Assembly (NCBI RefSeq): GCF_022759005.1
Contig: NZ_JAEMQA010000133.1
Location: forward strand, 1 to 28,886
DNA length: 28,886 nucleotides
Direction: 5' to 3'
Source of the DNA: Sulfuricurvum sp.
Lineage (GTDB): Bacteria; Campylobacterota; Campylobacteria; Campylobacterales; Sulfurimonadaceae
The translations under genes were made by a program, and so were the position numbers. The notes below the pieces were generated by a model. The model was not told the origin of the DNA. It worked only from the letters and a program-made list of their open reading frames with translations, and did not search any database. Shown here piece by piece: positions 17,985 to 25,833 of this stretch (within the stretch, counting starts at the first letter, position 1; each line of letters opens with the position of its first letter).

Positions 17985-19139
17985 ATGAAAATTGCGATTG
18001 TTGAAGACGATATCAATATGCGCAAATCGCTTGAAATAGCGATGAGCGATTACGAAAAATATGAGATTCATACCTTCAAAAATGCTCGTGATGCCCTCAA
18101 AAAACTCGATGATACCTTTGAAATGGTGATCAGCGACATCAATATGCCAGGGATGGACGGTATTGAGTTTGTCAAAACGCTTCAAGGAAAATACGAGGTC
18201 ATTATCATCACGGGGAACGCAACCTTGACACGTGCAATCGAATCGATACAGCTAGGTGTCAAAGATTTTCTTCTTAAACCCTTTGAAATCGAAACCTTGG
18301 TCGCTGCCATCGAGCGGACCGCTGCCATCGCCAAAAAATCCCCAAAATCATCGGCACAAGAAACTCCGAAAAACGATCACTTTTTAGGATCGTCTCCAGC
18401 TCTCGATCAGCTTTTACATCGTATTTCAAAAGCGGCTGTCACGGATGCAAGTATGATGCTCTTGGGAGAAAGCGGTGTCGGAAAAGAGGTCTTTGCGCGT
18501 CATATCCATGAAAGCTCGCCGCGCTCATCCAAACCCTTTATCGCAATCAATATGGCGGCCATCCCTGATAACTTAATTGAGAGTGAACTTTTCGGGTTTG
18601 AAAAAGGTTCCTTCACCGATGCAACTGAAGCTAAAGCGGGACAATTCGAATTGGCAGAGGGGGGAACACTCTTTTTGGACGAAATCGCTGAAATGCCCTA
18701 TCCTCTTCAAGCGAAACTGTTGCGTGTTTTGCAAGAGCGCGAAATACGCCGTTTGGGCTCTTCTAAAAATACCAAAATCGATGTCCGTATCATTACCGCA
18801 ACCAATGCCGATCTGCATGAAAAAATCAAAGAGGGGAAATTCCGCGAAGATCTCTATTATCGTCTCAATACGATCCCTATCCATATCCCTCCGTTACGAG
18901 AGCGCCGAGAAGAGATCCTCTCCATCGCCGAAGCGGCATTAGAGCGTTATTGCGCACAATACGGATTTGAGAAAAAATCATTCACCACGTCAGCACGCAA
19001 TGCCCTTGAAAATTACAACTGGCCGGGGAATATCCGTGAACTGATCTCCGTCGTTGAACGCTCCGCTATTTTGAGCAATTCACAGAGCATCGATACCGAA
19101 GATCTCTTTTTGGAAGCACGGGGATTGGGGAGAATTTAA
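17985..19139 (+). CDS. flgR: Sigma54-dependent response regulator (REC + AAA+), FlgR-like, without a C-terminal HTH (384 aa)
   Basis: The receiver domain contains VISDINMPGMDG. The AAA+ domain has Walker A GESGVGKE, a GAFTGA-type loop EKGSFTDA, Walker B LFLDEI, and WPGNIRELISVVER. Only about 30 residues follow that last motif, which is too few for a Fis-type DNA-binding domain, as in Helicobacter FlgR. Confidence 0.8.
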   Translation: MKIAIVEDDINMRKSLEIAMSDYEKYEIHTFKNARDALKKLDDTFEMVISDINMPGMDGIEFVKTLQGKYEVIIITGNATLTRAIESIQLGVKDFLLKPFEIETLVAAIERTAAIAKKSPKSSAQETPKNDHFLGSSPALDQLLHRISKAAVTDASMMLLGESGVGKEVFARHIHESSPRSSKPFIAINMAAIPDNLIESELFGFEKGSFTDATEAKAGQFELAEGGTLFLDEIAEMPYPLQAKLLRVLQEREIRRLGSSKNTKIDVRIITATNADLHEKIKEGKFREDLYYRLNTIPIHIPPLRERREEILSIAEAALERYCAQYGFEKKSFTTSARNALENYNWPGNIRELISVVERSAILSNSQSIDTEDLFLEARGLGRI

Positions 19140-19150
19140 AAAATACCGTT

Positions 19151-19214
19151 CCGTTCGTGGTGAGCTTGTCGAACCATGAACAGTACAGCCCTTCGACAGG
19201 CTCAGGGCGAACGG
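19151..19214. repeat. REP-like palindromic element, copy 3 (64 bp), 11 nt after the flgR stop
   Basis: CCGTTCG-TGGT-GAGCTTGTCGAA-loop-TTCGACAGGCTC-AGGG-CGAACGG. The orientation is the same as copies 1 and 2, judged from the asymmetric flanks and loop. It has two substitutions at positions that pair with each other. Confidence 0.9.
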
Positions 19215-19248
19215 ATAAAATTTCAATCCCTTCCAAGCCTTCATTGGA

Positions 19249-19254
19249 TATAAT
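19249..19254 (+). promoter_or_regulatory. asd -10 box TATAAT
   Basis: Reads cattggaTATAATcgc, 52 nt upstream of the ATG at 19307. The context resembles the gyrA -10 (tgggaTATAAT). Confidence 0.45.
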
Positions 19255-19306
19255 CGCGTAAAAATATTTACGGGTGAACCCATTCATCCCCAAGGAAAGC
19301 TCCCCA

Positions 19307-20335
19307 ATGAAACGTTACAACGTTGCAATCGTCGGTGCCAGCGGTGCCGTAGGCGAAGAAATTTTACGCATTTTCGAAGAGATCGATTTTCCTCTTAACA
19401 AACTCGTCCCTTTAGCGAGTGCACGCAGTGCCGGAACTACCGTTACTTTCAACGATTCAGACTTGGTAATCAAAGAACTTACCCCGACCGTATTTGATGA
19501 GGAAGAGATTGATATCGCTTTGTTCAGTGCCGGCGGAAGTGTATCGGCTGAATTCGCTCCGTACGCCGCAAAAGCGGGAGCGGTCGTTATCGACAATACC
19601 AGCCATTTTCGAATGTTTCCGGATGTTCCTCTTGTCGTTCCCGAAGTAAATCCGGAAGATATCGCACAGTGGAAAAATACGGGAATCATCGCCAATCCGA
19701 ACTGCTCTACCATCCAAATGGTCCAAGCACTCAAACCGCTCGACGAAGCCTATGATCTTCAACGCATCGATGTCAGTACCTATCAAGCAACATCGGGTGC
19801 CGGAAAGAGCGCAATGGAAGAGTTGGTAGAGCAGATGCAGGCCTTCTTTGCCTTTACTTTGGATGATGTAGAACCGAAAAAATTTCCTCATCGTATCGCA
19901 TTGAATGCCATTCCTCAAATCGACTCTTTCACCGACAGCGGCTATACCAAAGAAGAGCTCAAAATGGTGAATGAGACGAAAAAAATTATGCACAAAGATA
20001 TCGAAGTGAGTGCAACGTGCGTCCGCATTCCAACCCTTCGAGGTCATGCTGAGACGTTGACACTGACATTTGACGGTGCCGTAGATGCCGATGAAGCACG
20101 TGAATTGCTTCGCAAAGCGCCGAATATTATCGTGTTGGATGAGCCTCGTGAGAGTATCTACCCGATGCCATCACTTTGTGTGGATCAAAATGAAACGTTT
20201 GTCGGACGTATCCGCCGCGACCTTTATCGTGAAAATGTCTTGCATTTGTGGGTTGTGGCCGATAACCTCCGTGTCGGTGCCGCAACCAATGCGGTTCGTA
20301 TTGCCCAAAAATGGGTAGAGATGCAAGGAAAGTAA
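19307..20335 (+). CDS. asd: Aspartate-semialdehyde dehydrogenase (342 aa)
   Basis: Contains the Rossmann motif VAIVGASGAVG and the active-site Cys motif IANPNCSTIQMV. The ATG at 19307 has AAGGAAAG 7 nt upstream. The ORF-track start at 19274 is a GTG that adds 11 non-conserved residues. Confidence 0.93.
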   Translation: MKRYNVAIVGASGAVGEEILRIFEEIDFPLNKLVPLASARSAGTTVTFNDSDLVIKELTPTVFDEEEIDIALFSAGGSVSAEFAPYAAKAGAVVIDNTSHFRMFPDVPLVVPEVNPEDIAQWKNTGIIANPNCSTIQMVQALKPLDEAYDLQRIDVSTYQATSGAGKSAMEELVEQMQAFFAFTLDDVEPKKFPHRIALNAIPQIDSFTDSGYTKEELKMVNETKKIMHKDIEVSATCVRIPTLRGHAETLTLTFDGAVDADEARELLRKAPNIIVLDEPRESIYPMPSLCVDQNETFVGRIRRDLYRENVLHLWVVADNLRVGAATNAVRIAQKWVEMQGK

Positions 20336-20337
20336 AG

Positions 20338-20862
20338 ATGAACTTCATCGAAAATATGTTTGAACACGGTTTGTGGAACTCTCGTTTTATAATTCTCTTG
20401 GCGGTAGTTTTCGGTCTTATCGGAGCGATTTTACTGTTCGCCATCGCCAGTTTTGATGTATTTAATACAGCCGCTTACGTCATCAATACCTATGCGACAC
20501 ACGCCCATCCCGAACACTTCCACGAAGAGGTAATCAGCGGGATTATCGGTGCTATCGATTTTTATCTTATCGGTGTCATTATGATCATCTTCTCGTTTGG
20601 TGTGTATGAACTCTTTATCTCAGAGATCGATCCGGCAAAAGACGAACACGGCAAAGAGAATCAACTCTTAGCTGTTCATTCGCTCGACCAACTCAAAGAC
20701 AAAATCTCCAAAGTTATCGTTATGGTTTTGGTGGTCGGTTTTTTCCAAAAAGTCGGGCACACAACCTTTAACGGAGCATTAGAACTCTTTTATCTTGCCC
20801 TCTCCATCACAGCCGTTGCCGTAGGGCTTTATTTCCTTAGTAAAGTAGGACATCATGAGTAA
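20338..20862 (+). CDS. YqhA-family (UPF0114) membrane protein (174 aa)
   Basis: Its N-terminus [27 protein letters not shown] resembles E. coli YqhA ([22 protein letters not shown]). It has about four TM segments. The ATG at 20338 lies 2 nt after the asd stop, with AGGAAAG upstream. Confidence 0.6.
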   Translation: MNFIENMFEHGLWNSRFIILLAVVFGLIGAILLFAIASFDVFNTAAYVINTYATHAHPEHFHEEVISGIIGAIDFYLIGVIMIIFSFGVYELFISEIDPAKDEHGKENQLLAVHSLDQLKDKISKVIVMVLVVGFFQKVGHTTFNGALELFYLALSITAVAVGLYFLSKVGHHE

Positions 20863-21898
20863 AATTTTCGTCGACGCGTGTTTCGGCAAAGAGACACCCT
20901 ATACCCCTGTATGGATGATGCGCCAAGCGGGTCGTTACCTCCCAGAATACATGGAAGTACGCAAACGTGCCGGCAACTTCCTAAACCTTTGCCATGCCCC
21001 TGATATGGCGGCAGAAGTGACGATTCAACCCGTCGATCTCGTCGGTGTCGATGCGGCAATTTTGTTTAGCGATATTTTGGTTGTTCCGAACGAAATGGGG
21101 ATGAAACTCGATTTTATCAAAGGGGAAGGTCCGGTCTTCGAAAAACCGATTACTTCTGAAGAAGATTTAAACGAGCTTATCGGTGGTGATGAAGCGGCTT
21201 CCCGCCTCACCTACGTGTATGAAACGATCAAACTTCTTCGCACCCAACTCGATGCGCGCGATGATGACAAAGCCCTTATCGGGTTCACCGGAGCGCCGTG
21301 GACGCTAGCCACCTATATGATCGAGGGGCAAGGAACCAAAACGTACAATATCTGCAAAAAGATGATGTATTCGAATCCCGAACTGCTTCATAAAATCCTC
21401 CGTAAAGTGACCGACGTCGTCAAGCTTTATATGGAAAAACAGATCCAATCGGGAATCGATGTTGTTCAAATCTTCGACAGCTGGGCAGCAGCCATCGAGC
21501 CGAGCCGATACGATGAGTTTTCATGGAGCTACATGGTGGAGATTGCCGAGTATCTCAAAGAGAAATACCCTCATATCCCAGTGATCATGTTCCCAAAAGG
21601 GATTCCGGCATTTTTGGACAAAGTGTACGGAAATTTCGACGTATTCGGTGTTGACTGGAGTACTCCGATGGCACTGGCTAAAGAGAAACTCGGGGATCGC
21701 TATGTTCTCCAAGGAAACATGGAGCCATGCCGTTTGTACTCCAAAGAGCAAACCACTGCGTGTGTCGAAGCAATCCAAGAAATCATGGGTGGTAAACGCC
21801 ATATCTTCAATCTCGGTCACGGCATTCTTCCGGATGTTCCGGTTGAACACGCACGCCACTTCGTCCGTGAATGTCACCGTGTGAGCAAAAAAGCCTAA
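20855..21898 (+). CDS. hemE: Uroporphyrinogen decarboxylase (347 aa)
   Basis: Carries the hallmark motif [15 protein letters not shown] and has the typical length. It overlaps the upstream gene by 8 nt. Confidence 0.95.
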   Translation: MSKIFVDACFGKETPYTPVWMMRQAGRYLPEYMEVRKRAGNFLNLCHAPDMAAEVTIQPVDLVGVDAAILFSDILVVPNEMGMKLDFIKGEGPVFEKPITSEEDLNELIGGDEAASRLTYVYETIKLLRTQLDARDDDKALIGFTGAPWTLATYMIEGQGTKTYNICKKMMYSNPELLHKILRKVTDVVKLYMEKQIQSGIDVVQIFDSWAAAIEPSRYDEFSWSYMVEIAEYLKEKYPHIPVIMFPKGIPAFLDKVYGNFDVFGVDWSTPMALAKEKLGDRYVLQGNMEPCRLYSKEQTTACVEAIQEIMGGKRHIFNLGHGILPDVPVEHARHFVRECHRVSKKA

Positions 21899-21900
21899 CA

Positions 21901-22839
21901 ATGTCTACTATCTTCGGTCCGGTTCAATCACGCCGTTTCGGCGTATCGCTCGGGATCGACCTCTCTGATTCTACAAAACAATGTAATTTTGACTGCCTCT
22001 ATTGTGAATTGGCTCCCAAACGAGCCATGTTGCACCAAGAGAACATTACACCCATAGAAACAATTATGTGTGATCTCACAAAAGCTTTGGAGCTACACCC
22101 CGCTATCGATGTGATCACGATTACCGCGAACGGTGAACCGACGATGTATCCGTATTTGGATCAACTCATCACACAGATCAATCAGATCAAAGGGGAGATT
22201 CAAACGTTAATCCTCTCCAATAGTGCGTGTCTGAATGATCCTGCGGTGTTTGAAACCCTTTTAAAACTTGATCAAGTCAAGTTATCGCTCGATGCCGCCA
22301 CCCCTGAAACCTTCAAAAAAATTGATCGTCCCGCCGAAGGAATCAACATCGATACGATCATCGACAGTATCACCCGTTTTTCACACGTATTTCGCGGCAA
22401 ATTATTTTTAGAGATACTGTTTGTCAAAGGGGTGAACGATACTCTCACCGAAATCGAATCCCTCAATCGTGCCCTTCGAGGGGTTAGCTGTGATCGAATC
22501 GACATCGGAACCATTGACCGCCCGCCCGCCTACGCGGTTCAAGGCCTTAGTTTTGAGGAACTTTATAGTTTGTCTCATCATTTTGATGCTTCATTGCCTA
22601 TTCATATCGTTTCTCGTAACCATGCCACAGCCACACCGAGTTCCTATACCGAAGAGGAGATTCTTACGACGCTTGATAAACGCCCCTTGACGATCGATGA
22701 TATTCACGCACTGTTTGATCCAGACGCTCTTGAGCGTTTTCACCACCTTGTAAAAACAGGAAAAATCACCTCTATTGAACGTTCGAATATCATTTTTTTT
22801 ATTCCGATTGAAAATATAGACCGAAAACGTTTAAAATAA
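21901..22839 (+). CDS. Radical SAM domain protein of unknown function (312 aa)
   Basis: Starts MSTIFGPVQSRRFGVSLGIDL, followed by the CX3CX2C cluster motif CNFDCLYC. The ATG at 21901 lies 2 nt after the hemE stop. Confidence 0.75.
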   Translation: MSTIFGPVQSRRFGVSLGIDLSDSTKQCNFDCLYCELAPKRAMLHQENITPIETIMCDLTKALELHPAIDVITITANGEPTMYPYLDQLITQINQIKGEIQTLILSNSACLNDPAVFETLLKLDQVKLSLDAATPETFKKIDRPAEGINIDTIIDSITRFSHVFRGKLFLEILFVKGVNDTLTEIESLNRALRGVSCDRIDIGTIDRPPAYAVQGLSFEELYSLSHHFDASLPIHIVSRNHATATPSSYTEEEILTTLDKRPLTIDDIHALFDPDALERFHHLVKTGKITSIERSNIIFFIPIENIDRKRLK

Positions 22840-22850
22840 CGCAATTTTTA

Positions 22851-22879
22851 TTGACATTCGCACCTTCATAACGTATAAT
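22851..22879 (+). promoter_or_regulatory. tRNA-Asn promoter TTGACA-N17-TATAAT (full consensus)
   Basis: TTGACA lies at 22851-22856, followed by a 17-nt spacer and TATAAT at 22874-22879. The tRNA 5' end follows 18 nt later. Confidence 0.8.
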
Positions 22880-22896
22880 TACGCCCTCATAAACAT

Positions 22897-22971
<75 letters not shown>

Positions 22972-22998
22972 TTTATGAACTTTTTCTTCTTTTACTGT

Positions 22999-23073
<75 letters not shown>

Positions 23074-23078
23074 CTTCT

Positions 23079-23483
23079 TTAATTTTTTATCTTATTTGTC
23101 TCATTATCATAATGATCACATCGATAATTTCTAAATCCCTCTATCAAACGGACAATATTTTTTATCGGAGTCGGATTAAACAATCGTCGAATCGCATAAT
23201 TGTTCACGCAATCTTCACAACGGCTTACAACACAGTGGATAGCATCACTGACGACCAAAATTGCCTGATTCGGATCTAATTGCAATATATGATCAACGCA
23301 TTGCTGACCGTTTTCAATCCCGTGATCAATCACCACCACATCAAACTTATCTTTTTGAAACGCAATAAAGACCTCTCCCAGTGTCAATGCAATGTCAACA
23401 CTGCATTTTTCAATAGCCTCTTCTATCAACATTTTTCGGGTTTGGAGCTGAAACCCCGCTTGATCAATCATTAGTATTTTCAT
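23079..23483 (-). CDS. Orphan single-domain receiver-like (pseudo-receiver) protein with a Cys-rich insert (134 aa)
   Basis: It has the receiver strand pattern KILMIDQ / DVVVIDHG / ILVVSD. However, the N-terminal acidic pair is DQ, not DD/ED, and the usual K-P motif is not obvious. It contains HCVVSRCEDC (CX4CX2C) plus YRCDH. The gene is AT-rich. Confidence 0.5.
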   Translation of the reverse strand: MKILMIDQAGFQLQTRKMLIEEAIEKCSVDIALTLGEVFIAFQKDKFDVVVIDHGIENGQQCVDHILQLDPNQAILVVSDAIHCVVSRCEDCVNNYAIRRLFNPTPIKNIVRLIEGFRNYRCDHYDNETNKIKN

Positions 23484-23541
23484 ACCGATATTATCTCAAA
23501 AAAAAGCCTCATAATCGATTAAAACAACCTCTTATATTTTT

Positions 23542-23550
23542 TGCTACAAT
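23542..23550 (+). promoter_or_regulatory. Extended -10 promoter TGcTACAAT upstream of the rmlA remnant
   Basis: Reads tatatttttTGcTACAATatc, 33 nt upstream of the former start codon, followed by GGAG. Confidence 0.45.
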
Positions 23551-23583
23551 ATCAATAATATATTTCTTGAAGAGTGGAGTCGC

Positions 23584-24021
23584 ATAAAAGGGATTATCTT
23601 AGCCGGAGGAAGCGGCACGCGACTTTACCCCATTACCAAAGGGGTAAGCAAACAGCTCGTTCCCATCTACGATAAACCGATGATCTACTATCCCCTCTCC
23701 GTACTTATGCTCGCAGGAATCCGTGAGGTTCTTATCATCTCGACACCGAATGATCTTCCAAGATTTGAGGAGTTGTTAGGGGATGGAACTGATTTGGGAA
23801 TGCATTTTGAATATTGTATCCAACCCTCCCCTGACGGCCTTGCCCAAGCCTTTATCTTAGGTGCTGATTTTATCGGTAATGATGATGTTTGTCTCGTACT
23901 TGGAGATAACATCTTCTACGGACACGGTCTCACTAGAATGCTGGCTCAATCGGTTCGCAATGTCATTACAACTACCATGTTCACCTTGCTACAAAACCCA
24001 AACGATGAAACAGTGTACTGA
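23584..24021 (+). pseudogene. rfbA: Glucose-1-phosphate thymidylyltransferase (RmlA/RfbA) remnant: start codon ATA, only about 120 of about 290 codons conserved
   Basis: The in-frame translation is [48 protein letters not shown]...[11 protein letters not shown]...[11 protein letters not shown]. This is near-identical in pattern to RmlA, which starts MKGIILAGG. The aligned start codon is ATA. There is no ATG/GTG/TTG in frame between the upstream stop (23512) and 23680. Similarity ends around SVRNV, and a stop follows at 24019-24021. Confidence 0.8.
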
Positions 24022-24065
24022 TAATATTTGCATGAGTCACATTACCCCTAAACAGGTTTTAACCC

Positions 24066-24095
24066 CACTAAAATCAGCTAGTATAGTATAAAATA
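24066..24095 (+). repeat. Left copy of an imperfect direct repeat bracketing the MNT-HEPN gene
   Basis: CACTAAA-ATCAGC-TAGTATAGTATAAAATA is compared with 24817-24852, CACTAAA(tcatta)ATCAGC-CAATATAATATAAAATA. The CACTAAA and ATCAGC blocks are shared, and 14 of 17 positions match in the tail. Confidence 0.7.
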
Positions 24096-24118
24096 CAACG
24101 TGTAAAAGGAGTCAACCG

Positions 24119-24814
24119 ATGAAGACAAAAAATAATATCATTAACGAAATCAAAACTATTATCTTAAAATATGCCAAACCAACACGAATATACCTCTATG
24201 GCTCCCAAGTCAATGGCGAAGCTACCAAAAGCAGCGATATCGATATAGCGTATGATGATGAAAATTTCAAAGATCATTATCTTATTGAAGAAGAGATTAA
24301 AAACATTAGCACTCTCATAAAACTCGACGTTAAAAATATTGCAAAAACCGAAGAAAGATTTAAAAATAGAGTTAAATCCACGGGAAGAGTTTTATACAGC
24401 TCCACCAAACAACTACGAGCACAAGATGGCTTATATAATTTTTCCAATGCGCTGGATAGATTTGCAAGTGCCGTCGATAGATATGAAGAGTTCAAAAACG
24501 AAGGGTTTGAGGATGTTTATTTGGATTTAATTGTTAAACGATTTGAATTTACCTACGAGATGAGTTGGAAAGCACTGAAGAGATACCTTGAATTTTTAGG
24601 ATTTGAACCAAAAAATCCACGAATGACATTCAAAGAAGCTTACGCCCAACAACTTATTGAAAATGAAGATGTGTGGCTTGATATGATTGAACAGCGAAAT
24701 CTTACATCTCACATCTATGATGAATCTGAAATAGAAGAAATTTTAAACAAAAGAGAGCTCTACAAAGAGGCTTTTATACAACTAAAAGCCAAGTTGGAAG
24801 CTGGATTGGCTTGA
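24119..24814 (+). CDS. Single-chain fusion of a minimal nucleotidyltransferase (MNT) and an HI0074-type HEPN (NTase substrate-binding) domain (231 aa)
   Basis: The N-terminal half carries the pol-beta NTase motif YLYGSQVNGEATKSSDIDIAY (GS-X-DxD). The C-terminal half carries RFEFTYEMSWKALKRYL and the HEPN Rx4H motif in EQRNLTSHIYDE. RBS AAAGGAG lies 7 nt upstream. Hand-counted GC of 24121-24180 is 14/60. Confidence 0.8.
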   Translation: MKTKNNIINEIKTIILKYAKPTRIYLYGSQVNGEATKSSDIDIAYDDENFKDHYLIEEEIKNISTLIKLDVKNIAKTEERFKNRVKSTGRVLYSSTKQLRAQDGLYNFSNALDRFASAVDRYEEFKNEGFEDVYLDLIVKRFEFTYEMSWKALKRYLEFLGFEPKNPRMTFKEAYAQQLIENEDVWLDMIEQRNLTSHIYDESEIEEILNKRELYKEAFIQLKAKLEAGLA

Positions 24815-24816
24815 AA

Positions 24817-24852
24817 CACTAAATCATTAATCAGCCAATATAATATAAAATA
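24817..24852 (+). repeat. Right copy of the direct repeat bracketing the MNT-HEPN gene
   Basis: See 24066-24095. It starts 2 nt after the MNT-HEPN stop codon and lies 28 nt before the GT2 stub ATG. Confidence 0.7.
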
Positions 24853-24880
24853 GCATTACCATTTTCAGGAGACACAGCCT

Positions 24881-24985
24881 ATGCCTTATCCAAAAACCAC
24901 TCTCATAATCTCCGTCTACAAAGATACTGATATAGAACTAATTTGTAAAACCGCACTTGAGTGGGAGAAATCAACAAAAGTATGA
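24881..24985 (+). pseudogene. 34-codon stub resembling the N-terminus of a family 2 glycosyltransferase
   Basis: MPYPKTTLIISVYKDTDIELICKTALEWEKSTKV-stop. The first strand (LIISVYKD) followed by a helix is the usual start of GT2 enzymes. RBS CAGGAGA is present. No continuation is visible in other frames. Confidence 0.35.
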
Positions 24986-25050
24986 CACATATGCTTTGAA
25001 GTATTTATACAGTAATATTATCTTTCAGACTATTATAAAAAAGGGAAAGT

Positions 25051-25821
25051 GTGAAATTTGGAGCACTAATCATTAATCGTTTAAGCAAATTTTTTGGTAC
25101 AATTATTAAAGGTTTTTCATATGGTTTTCATTTTTTCTTTCCGAAAAAACGCTTTACTATCCCCGAATACAGCCAAAAAGCCGTGGATGGTAGAGATCAT
25201 TTAATTCCAAAAATTATTTGGCAAACCAATTATTCTAATCACGTTGCACTTCCAGTTTACGTCAACTACCTTTTTAACCGATTAATGTCCCTCGATTGGG
25301 AATACCGTTACGTTAGCACGGAAGCTCGCTTAGAGTTTATCAAAACCCATGCTTCTGAACGCTATTTGGATGCTTTTGAGAAGCTTACAGACGGTGCTGC
25401 ACAAGCTGATTTTTGGAGATTATTCGTCTTGAATTATTATGGCGGAGTCTACATGGATATCGACGCTCATGCGGTATGGCCACTATCTAAAATGATTCAA
25501 CCTGATGACAAAGAAATCTTTTTAATGACGAAACATAATTACAGTAACTATTTTATCGCTTCAGCACCTAATAATCCTCATTTACAAAAAGCACTCGATA
25601 TGATCGTAGAAAATATCGAACAAAAAAATATCGGTGCTGGCGTATATGACCTAACCGGTCCAACCGTACTCAATAGAGCTATCGGCGAGCAAAACGTCAA
25701 ACATCGGCACACCAAAATCACCTGCATCCAAGGCAGTTTCAGCAATGAGTATTTTCAATATATAGATAAACCGCGAGGTAAATGGATACATGCAAAAAAA
25801 GAAACTTTACTCAAAAATTAA
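25051..25821 (+). CDS. Glycosyltransferase with DXD sugar-binding motif (GT32 / Gly_transf_sug type, 256 aa)
   Basis: Contains IPKIIWQTNYS and ADFWRLFVLNYYGGVYMDIDA. A GTG start at 25051 has AAGGGAAAG directly upstream, and there is no in-frame ATG for about 80 codons. Confidence 0.7.
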   Translation: MKFGALIINRLSKFFGTIIKGFSYGFHFFFPKKRFTIPEYSQKAVDGRDHLIPKIIWQTNYSNHVALPVYVNYLFNRLMSLDWEYRYVSTEARLEFIKTHASERYLDAFEKLTDGAAQADFWRLFVLNYYGGVYMDIDAHAVWPLSKMIQPDDKEIFLMTKHNYSNYFIASAPNNPHLQKALDMIVENIEQKNIGAGVYDLTGPTVLNRAIGEQNVKHRHTKITCIQGSFSNEYFQYIDKPRGKWIHAKKETLLKN

Positions 25822-25833
25822 AGGGTACTAATA

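Noticed and set aside
19066-19293. 75-aa and 67-aa minus-strand ORFs (VRPEPVEGLYCSWFDKLTTNG..., ALSLSKGCTVHGSTSSPRTE...)
   Set aside because: They are translations of REP copy 3 and of the asd promoter region. Peptides of this kind are recurring annotation artefacts of this repeat family.
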